In this document: positions 52,461 to 64,000 of the stretch, piece after piece
Layout: the number at the start of each line of letters is the position of its first letter
How positions within the stretch are numbered: position 1 is the first letter of the stretch
Assembly (NCBI RefSeq): GCF_009914755.1
Contig: NC_060925.1
Direction: 5' to 3' (one strand)
DNA length: 64,000 nt
Source of the DNA: the human T2T-CHM13v2.0 reference genome, Homo sapiens
Notes under the pieces: generated by a model
The model's input: the letters and a program-made list of their open reading frames with translations, nothing else
Told to the model about the DNA's origin: nothing
Databases searched by the model: none
Program-made: the position numbers and the translations under genes

Positions 52461-53103
52461 TTTTTCTTCTTCTTATTATTATTAAACTTTAAGTTCTGGG
52501 ATACATGCGCACAACCTGCAGGTTTGTTACATAGGTATACACGTGCCATGGTGGTTTGCTGCAGCCATCAACCCGTCATCCACATTAGGTATTTCTCCTA
52601 ATGCTATCCCTCTCCTAGCCCCCTACTACCTGACAGGCCCCAGTGTGTGATGTTCCCCTCTCTGTGCCCATATGATCTCATTGTTCAACTTCCACTTATG
52701 AATGAGAACATGCAGTGTTTGGTTTTCTGTTCCTGTGATAGTTTGCTGAGAATGATGGTTTCCAGCTTCATCCATGTCCCTGCAAAGGACATGAACTCAT
52801 CCTTTTTTAGGGCTGCCTAGTATTCCATGGTGTGTATGTGCAACATTTTCTTTATCCAGTCTAACATTGATGAGCATTACAGTTGGTTCCAAGTCTTTGC
52901 TATTGTGAACAGTGCTGCAATAAACATACATGTGCATGTGTCTTTATAGTAGAATGATTTATAATCCTTTGAGTATATACCCAGTAATGGGATTGCTGGG
53001 TGAAATGGTATTTCTAGTTCTAAATCCCTGAGGAATCACAAGGAAACAACAGATGCTGGACAGGATGTGGAGAAATTGGAATACTTTTACACTGTTAGTG
53101 GGG
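52461..53103 (-). mobile_element. L1PA (about PA7-8) 3' end with short 5' inversion (plus 53041-53103)
   Basis: Antisense 3'UTR to GAGGAATCAC, then sense AGGAAACAACAGATGCTGG...ACTGTTAGTGGG. Confidence 0.9.
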
Positions 53104-53599
53104 GTCTTTTATAAGGCACATTACAGCAGCTGGATCACCACACCAGGGACAAGCTAATTGTGCTTTAATTTAACTGTATAATGTAAAGGATGAGTATTCT
53201 ACATGTAGTGCAAACTCTGTTTTTCCATTCTGCAAATAAACTCTAGTAGAGATGTTTATCTAAAGGATGGACAAGTGAAAATGTAATAGAAATTTTTACA
53301 ATTTACTGGCTTTCTACCATATGACACAAATATTATGTATATTGTCTCTAATCCCTATGACAGTCTTGTCATATAAATCTTATGACCCCCGTTACAAATA
53401 AAATAAGTACATGTTCAAAGTCAGATAATCAGAATGTGAAAAATGAGAATTAGAACACAAATTGATCTGATGCTAAGTTCTGTGTCCCTTCTTTTCATAC
53501 TACCATCTAGCCTAAATATATTAATAGAGTTAAAAATATTTCTCTCATTATTCTACCTCTTAGTAGTTCTACAGCTTCAGGCTAGGTGCTTAGAAGAAA

Positions 53600-54430
53600 C
53601 TGTATCATGGAGATTAGGATTTTAGCCTCAGGAACCAAAAAGATGGTTTTACAAACCCAACTCTGCCACTAATCAACTGTGTGACTGGAAAATGATTTAA
53701 CCTCCTTTTGTAGAACAAGGATAAGGGTAGTACCGACTACCTCTTAGACTGCTGTAAAGATTAAATGAAATAATATATGTACAGTTGTTAGCACCATGTC
53801 TGGCACATAATAAATGGTCAATGAACTTTTTATGGGAAGCAGTATCATCTAGGACTTAAGTGAGCAGGTTTTAGAGTCTGAAGAAATTTGTGGTTTAAAT
53901 CCAAGTTCTGCCATTAACTAGGTGCAAGACCTTGAACAAATTATTTGATCACTCTAAGCCTCAGTTTTCCTCATTAGTAAATGGAAATAACATCACAGAC
54001 TATCTCACAATAATTAGGAAAGAATTAAATAAGCAAAAATAATCACACTGCCAGTAGGGTTTTGAACTATCCACAGGCATAGATGTTTTTGTTATTATCA
54101 TTCTCAGATTTAGTGGCATCTAAAGGAATTTGGAAGTGGTTATGCATGGAGAACGGAACTCAAAAGCAGCTATTGAGAATAGCTCCTCCCTTTGTTGTAA
54201 ACTTGCAAATACTGAGGCATATTCAGGCTTTATCACACCTTAGATTTATAGACTGAACCTTGGTTCTACCATTTATTAATAAGATATTTAAGTTTTTTGA
54301 GCCTCAGTTTTTTCACCTGAAAAAGAGTATTATTAATAATGGATGTATTGCATAATTACCCTGTCCATCAGAAATGATTTTAAAGTACTTTGCATACAGA
54401 AAATTATAACACAAATGTGATTATATTTAT
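53600..54430 (+). mobile_element. Cluster of three MIR fragments
   Basis: Repeated MIR cores (CTCTGCCACTAA; GCCTCAGTTTTCCTCA; GCCTCAGTTTTTTCACCTG). Confidence 0.7.
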
Positions 54431-54549
54431 AACGTCAAAATATATACAATCAAGAATATATATATAATATTATAAAATAGAAATGGAAATACACACGGAA
54501 AACATTTCTATAAAATTATATTGATGTGAAACCCCTTAGTATCTCATAG

Positions 54550-55023
<474 letters not shown>

Positions 55024-58000
55024 ATTTTTTAGTTTTTTTATAGTGGTTACGTGTGCAACTTGAAATAGTATATTATTGCAGCTTCTACATCTTAATTCTT
55101 ATCATGTTATTATTTTATATTTTTAATATTTGTACAATGCTTATTTTTTAAACTATACTTGCTTCTTTGTCTATATGCTGAACCTAGTAATTTAATTCAA
55201 CAAACTCAATCTTTGCAATTTTATGAATAGATATTCTTAATTACAAAAGAAAAAATGTGTTTTGCTATGTCATAAAACCCTTACTTCTGAAGAGATATTC
55301 CAAAATGCCAAAGTCTACTGGAATCCCATTGAATTATTTTTGCATTTCTTTTGCTTTTGTCAGTTCATTCAGTTGTCGCTTTTTAATTTATCCCATGCCA
55401 TCTTCTTTCTGATAGTCTTTTACAATTTTACTGGAGTACCTCTTTAGAAAATTGAACTCAATTCTGTCTTTGCCTATTTTTAAATATCTCCGTGTGCCTT
55501 CATACATGATTGATAGTTTGGTTTTATGAAATTCTAGGACCAAAATATTGTTTTATAGTTGTTCATGCATATTATTGAAGGACTAGGTTTGTGAATTTGG
55601 GCAACAGTTATAGCTTTCCTCTGCAGGTGGATAAACCTGTTTCTCAGACTTCTCTCTTGAAAAGGTAGCTGTCTCTATTGAGAGTTAATTATGGATTCTA
55701 TACAAGCAATATACTGACTGGTCACTTCCATTTTAGAATGCATGAAGGTAAAATTTCCATACGTGCTGGGATCCTTAAATGTCAAAATAAGAGTTGGTTT
55801 TAGTTCAATGATGGAAACATCTAGTGAACTTCTCTCTCAAGTATAGCTGACATCCTTTTTGTGTGTGATTTAATTTGTATTATCATTTCTTCTATTCACA
55901 TATGGCAGTTTCAAACCCTACTCCTTTCTTAGATCCTTGCATCTGTACCACAAGCTCACTGTATGTAGAAAATTCTCTTCTTAGAATACAATGCCTTTAC
56001 ACTGAGTGAAAGCATGTGGGATGAACAAATGGAGCACCACCATGGCAGCTGACCTACAAATAGTTCTTTCATTAATTACTGCAATGTTTGCCAGAAGATT
56101 CTGATGTTAGAACATGATGTTTCTGAATTTGGATATGGTAGTTCCTATCCTTGTAATTTCTATTATTTTCCACTTCAATCTAATTTTTTCTAATACTTTT
56201 TCTTGTAAGATATTTTACAATTTCCAGTTTTCCATGGCCTCCCTTTCCTGACCAAGACTATTACGATTTTCTTAAGTTTTTTACATATCTTTTTTGTGTG
56301 ATTTCCATGGGAATTTAGAAGAGAAGGGAGGGAGATGAGTGTGTCAGATTTGCTATTTTGTACTAAAATAAATAATATTAAATCAATTAAATTTGGTTTG
56401 AACAGAATTTATAATGAAACCTTATGAAAATTCATCAGTTTCCTTTGCCTTACTATCAGTCAAAACCCTCTCAGTGCTATTTGGCTTCTTTGAGAAAAAA
56501 AAAAATATATCTCTTTGGCAAGGTTAGAGTATATTTTACAAAATATCTCTTTGTGTTTCTGACACCCTTTTCCCCTTGATCTGTTTAAGTTGATCCTACT
56601 ATTGCAGCAGAATAGTAGGCTGCCATTTGGACTTACTTTATCTAGAGAAATGTAAGTTTCTGGGGTAGATAACCTTTAATAAGAAGGTATAAACATACAT
56701 TTTCTATTAAACCTTCCTTTGGAATGACTATCCAAATGTGGAAATGACTTAAGTCCAACAATATCAGGCCAAAGTAAAATAACTGTCAAAAGGTTAGGTC
56801 AGCAAAAGAAAATTTAATAACAGCATATCAAATATTTACCAAAGCTATTTGCAAAGTTAAATCATTCATGAAAATATATTAAACACTTTTAAATAGGCTG
56901 GCTTTCATGTGAAAAATGAAGGATACTTAAAAGTAAAAGTATAATATTCTGCAATAATAAAGCTAATTTTTCTAAAACTATAGTTTTCTTTACACAGCAT
57001 TTTCATTCATCTTTGCTGTCTGGGGATAAAAATACACTTCACCTCAGTTAAATTCTGAAGTTCAATGTACTTCCTATTGACTTTAAATTACAGAGAACTT
57101 GTGGAGTTCCTGCAAAGAAAATAGAGGTATATGTTAAACATGGGGAAATGGGCAGGGTTACAATATCCCTGAGAGATTTCTATTAAGCCTGTGCCATATT
57201 CATTCTATAAACATGTGTTGGATCCTGCCATGTGACAAACAGGAGGATAGATGCAAGGACTACAACATGGTTTCCCCACTTGAGAAACTCATCTTCAGCT
57301 TTGCTTGAATACTTGCAGTGACGTAGCACCCACACTCAATAAGCAGCCTGTCCCATTGTTGAACAATTCTAAATTAGAGAGATTTGTTTCCCTTACATTG
57401 AGCTCCATCATTCTTCACTAAACTCTTAACCATTCATTCTAATTTTTTCTTTGAATCTACACCAGTGTTTATTCCTCTTTTCATACAGTGGAGCGCCATT
57501 TATTTGGAGACTGATTATAGCTTCCTAAAGCCTTGTTTTTCTGGAATAAACATTCACAATTAATTAAATTATATCTTATAGATAGAACACGTGTTCCATA
57601 CCTCCTATGGCTCTAGTTATCCTCCTCTAAGAGTATGCATTTTGTTTTGAACCTCAGTTGGTTCTTTGGTGCCTACAAGATAAAGTCAAAATTCTTATAC
57701 AGGACTCATTCATTTCTTAAATGAGTAAATGTGTTTATTTGACAGAGCTTGTGCTTGATGTCTTGGATTCAATAAAAAACTAGAGACAGCCTCTACCTTC
57801 AAGAAGTTAACGGTTTAGTCAACTGTCTCATTCCATGTTACCCTCCACTAATATTAAACACTATCACTGTTCCTCCATGTGAATGCACAAATGAACGTAA
57901 ATACTTCAGATAATCTGATTTTCTAAAACTTACCATCACTCAAGAACATTATATATGACTCATTTGCAAGTGATAGTTCTATTTTTTTTACAATTTTTCT

Positions 58001-59479
58001 ATTACGAAAATAGTTAAAATGCTTTTTTAGGATTTTCAAGACCACTCCTAACAATAGTCATTTGCATTAAAAACACGGGTCTCAAACGAAAATAATTCCT
58101 TTCTTGAAGCCACAGGCTAAGAAGGCCCTTGGTTGTAAATGTGTAAAAAGTACCCATCATGGAAATAGAATAGTAAATTGTTTTAGAAGCTAAAGCATAG
58201 GCACTCAACCAGCATTAAAAATGAAACATACAAACACCCACCTTGGATCTGTTACTGCAGATCTTTTATTTCAATTGAGGTATAGAATAGGCAGTGTTTA
58301 CCTTTGGAAATACCACTGAAGCCTTTCACAAACATATGTACCATGTCCATCGCTAAATATTTCAAATCTGAACTGCAATTATATTGGGATTTACTACAAA
58401 TCTATCTAGCAGTGTTAACTACTCAGTAGTAAAAGTTCACTCTCCTTTTGTTCTGTAAATTTATGGCAAAGTATAGATCTTGTTGTTTCTCCAAAGGTTT
58501 AACATACCAGAAAAAGTTCTGCAGACAGGGCTGAGTAACTCCTGGATTTCATCATACTTTAAAGTATAATTTTGAATGATTTTTTTAAGTTTCATTGCAA
58601 ACCACATTCAACCCAAGATTTATTTTTCTACTAAAGCCATTCTATTATTTTCCAACTATAAAAACAGTCAGAAAAATGTCTCATGACCTCATACTTAACC
58701 AATTTCCAGTTTTCTGCAAGCATCTATCTGTAGATATTAACAAATATTTTGTCTGGTATTAACATTTCTACTATTATAGTATACATTTCTACAGGAAAAA
58801 AATTATATCTGGTCATATAATGAAGTCCATAACACAAAAGAAATGTGAGCAGGGCTGTACAGAGAAGGCAGTGTCACCCATGTTACACGTGCCCTAACAG
58901 AACAGGTGAGTAAACAGAATTTTAGCAAATGCAAAAATCACATAATTTATTCCTTGGTAGGTGTAAGGTTAGAAACACAAGAGTTTAGTCTTCGATGTGA
59001 CTCTTGTGAATCAGTTGAAAAGTAAATTCTGAATGTTTTTAGTAATTCGATACAACCTGCCACAATGACAGTCAAATCTGGTTTCTCAGAATGGTAATGA
59101 ATTAAGCTCTTCTGTGCAATTATGCAATAAAACCAAGGTCTGTGAAATACACAGAAGCGAGACTGTGAATGATAACTCTAGAAATATGACACCAGATGGA
59201 AAAATCAGTGTTGCAATCTGGTGGCATGAGGGACAGAGCCCTGGGTGGGATTGGGAGATCTGGGTTCTAGCTCCAATTCTACACCCTGGTGTCTGGTAAG
59301 AGACAGCTGTGTAAATGGGGGAAAATGTAGTACAGAGTTTCTGGGAAGGTCTTAAAGAAAATAGTCTTTTACTTCATAATTTTGTTCAAGGCAAAGAGGA
59401 AGCCAGAATAATGTGTCTCAACAGTGTGTTGTTTGATCAAATCTTACTAAAATTTTTAATTTACCATTGAATTTAGTAT

Positions 59480-59700
59480 AGCAAAATTTCTAAAGGCACA
59501 ATCTCCAAAGCTTGACTATCGGGTTCAAATCTTTCCTTATCCTCACTAGCTTTGTGAGTGTGGGCAAGCTATTTAACTCCTAGTGTCAGTTTCTCACTTG
59601 TAAAATAAGGGTCATATTAGGTTGCAAAGAATTAATCTTTGCTCAGAGCTTACAAAAATGTTTTGCATGATTTATGCACTGTATACATTTTAACTATTAT
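59480..59700 (+). mobile_element. MIR SINE
   Basis: GGGTTCAAATC...TGGGCAAGCTATTTAAC...CAGTTTCTCACTTGTAAAAT. Confidence 0.72.
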
Positions 59701-60669
59701 AGGTATTGTTAATACATATGAAAGTAGCATATAATGTAGTCATAATACATATGAATGTATTATAACTAAATCAGTTTATGTTTTTTCCCTTTTTTGCCAA
59801 GATACTCAATATTTTCTGTTATCTATTTTTTGTCTTTAAATACATGCTAGGAACTAACAGTTGAAACCATTATTTTCATTGGGTTTAACTAAATATTTTC
59901 CTGATAGGAATATCTTTTTTGTGTGTCATCTGGTCATGTTTGAACAACCCTCAGTTTATCACAGAGGTTCATTCAGCTGGTAAATTGTCCATTACCCTTG
60001 CTCTTCTTTCTCGTGGGAGAAGAATGCATCCATATTTGGCCAGAGAAAACTGAAACTCCTTTTATTAGAGGAAGAGCCAGGTAATTAAAGCCTGTGCCGT
60101 TCCCTGGGTAGCAGTGGAAGCAGCAATTGAGAGCTAGAATGTCATCTTTTTGTTACTGCCAGGCTGATAGAGGAGGATAGAGCCAAATGCTTTTTAGTAC
60201 AACGATGAGCAAACAGGAGAATTAAAAGTTAGGGTTAGGGCTCATTGGATAACTATTCTTTTTTTAATTGATAGAATATTTGCCTTTGAGAGAGAAACGT
60301 CGTTAAAGCTTCATTGGTACTGGAAATAGCAGTTCCACAGGTCTCAGTAGTGGGAAGATAAAACGTGACTGAAAGGACTTATATTCACTTTATCTTGGGG
60401 CCTAGAGTGCATCCTTTACCTAGAGCCTGAAAACATCAGATATCTAGATGACAACTGATATTTCCTGGAAACCCAGGAAAGGAACAAAAAATGAGAATGC
60501 CTTGTGTAGAAGGGTTGGCATTTTCGTAAGGCAGGGGAGAAAGTCTTGCAGAAGGACATACCTGTGATTTTTGGTGAGAATATAAGGATGGAGAGCTAGG
60601 CAGGGAATGGAGGGAATGTTCCCAAGGGCAGTCTGCTTGGCGTGAGCTAACATCTTGACATGTGTCAAC

Positions 60670-62320
<1,651 letters not shown>

Positions 62321-62331
62321 CAGTTTTTTAC

Positions 62332-62420
62332 TTTTTTTTTTGAGATGGGGGTCTCACTCTGTTGTCCACACACAATTTCAGCTCACTGCAACCTCTGTCT
62401 TCCTGGCTCAAGTGATCCTC
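62332..62420 (-). mobile_element. Truncated Alu (J-like) fragment
   Basis: TTTTGAGATGGGGGTCTCACTCTGTTGTCCA...GCTCAAGTGATCCTC. Confidence 0.8.
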
Positions 62421-62660
62421 GAGTCATGAAAATGGTTGTGTGCCAGGCTTAATTCTTCACCAGTATTTTCTTTCTTGGATCGTGAATCTTTACACATCCA
62501 TTTTGTCTCCTCAGCTCTGGAAAAATTTCAACAACAATTCTGTTTTTTTCTGGCCCATAGATATGTCTCTCTGTTCAAATCAGTATTCTCAGGCTCCTGC
62601 CCTCAACCTCAAATCAGCAGATGCCTAGAATAAAAAAGGCTGCAGAATGCTAACTCACAA

Positions 62661-62690
62661 CACACACACACACATACACACACACACACA
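62661..62690. repeat. (CA)n microsatellite
   Basis: cacacacacacacatacacacacacacaca. Confidence 0.92.
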
Positions 62691-63661
62691 GAGTATTTGC
62701 CTCAGTGGCTTTTTGATGCCTTTAAATAATTTTTTTGGTGAATTTCATTATGAGCATGAGTCTACCTCAAAGCACTTTGTCACTGTTGGACACTGAACTC
62801 AAAGAAGGTGAAATTTTAATATGCGAATTATAACTATTTATTGTTATATTTTTATACTTTAACTTTGCAGTAAAAGAACTTTATATTGTCATCACTATTA
62901 GGTTTGTTAGTCTACTTGAGGTTGATGGGACAATATGATAGGGAAAGGTGAGAACAATTCCACTTGATTTGTCGTGGTTCCAGAATATAAGAGACTGTGG
63001 TCCTGTAATGTATGATTAACCTTGCTCCTGGCAGTAGAGGGCTAACTCACTTGGAGACACTGGAGAAGACCAAAGAGGAAGAAAAAGTAAAGAGCAACCT
63101 TCAGACTGCCCTTAGTAAACATCATCTTTGAGGGGTAAACAGGGTAAAATGAAGGAAACTGGCAAAACCTGGGCTACACTTTTAATAATGCACTGAAATA
63201 AGGGGAAATTGATAGGAAGAAAGCATAAATGATACAGTTTGAAAGACAAATATGTAAACAAAGAGGAAATAACAGGAATAAAATTGTAAAGGGAAAAAAC
63301 TATTTTAGGGTATTATACTCAAGTAATGATTTCCAGGTTATTGTTCATAAGCCAGCCATCTTGCCAAGTTCATCACAATCTCAACTCCATCTTGGTCAGC
63401 CATCCTTTATCTTTCATCACATTGCCATTACAGTGTCTGTATCTGATTGTCTGATAAATACCATGGCCAGGGTTCTTCTCACTGGTCTCTATTCTGTTCA
63501 ACCTTCTTTGACTGCAACTGTACTTTGGCAATCATGGGTCCCCGTTAGTACCCAATTAATCATACTTGCCAGACAACATCTTATTTAACTACTCTCACTG
63601 GATGTTTTATTATTTTTGTTTCAATTTTGAAGGCATATTTTATTTCTGTTCTCTCTCTCTC

Positions 63662-63800
63662 TTTTTTTTTTTTTTTTTGTTTTAAGAGACAGCTCTCATT
63701 CTATTGCCTAGGCTGGTCTCAAACTCCTGTCCTCAAATGATCCTCCTGCCTCAGCCTCGCAAAGTGGTAGGATTACAGGTGTGAGCCTTCACACCCAGCC
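63662..63800 (-). mobile_element. FLAM-type Alu monomer
   Basis: Single arm: poly-T, GGCTGGTCTCAAACTCCTG...GGATTACAGGTGTGAGCC...CCCAGCC. Confidence 0.88.
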
Positions 63801-64000
63801 CTACTTCTGCTCTCTATTTCAACCATAGTAAAAACTCTACTATTGAAAGTAACATTAGTGATACGGAGCATGCCAAATATCTGCTATCATAGCTAAATAT
63901 ATTCAAAGATTGAAGGCTTACCAGTTCATTATTGGTTTCTGGATTTAATACCTTGCTGTTGAGAAAGTTTGGGGATATAAACCATAGTCACAATAGTCAC

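Overview
Primate (very likely human) AT-rich genomic DNA lying entirely inside the long neuronal gene NEGR1 (IgLON family), which is transcribed on the minus strand. The only real protein-coding sequence is one 121-bp internal exon (2793-2913, probably exon 5, start of Ig domain 3). The rest is intron filled with interspersed repeats: Alus (AluY, an AluYd-type copy with the 12-bp deletion, AluS, AluJ, FLAM), four L1PA fragments (three with twin-priming 5' inversions), old L1M/L2/MIR, a THE1 solo LTR, and DNA transposons (a near full-length Charlie3 hAT with a decayed transposase, MER1B, MER2, MER58A). I see no new gene system, CRISPR array or RNA gene. The most unusual observations are local templated-copy events: a MER1B carrying a ~120-bp copy of nearby host DNA, and a perfect 29-bp sequence duplicated 3.1 kb away into an L2. 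Both Charlie3-family elements are also damaged at the same subterminal palindrome. Repeat family names and consensus comparisons are from memory, and boundaries of old repeats are approximate.
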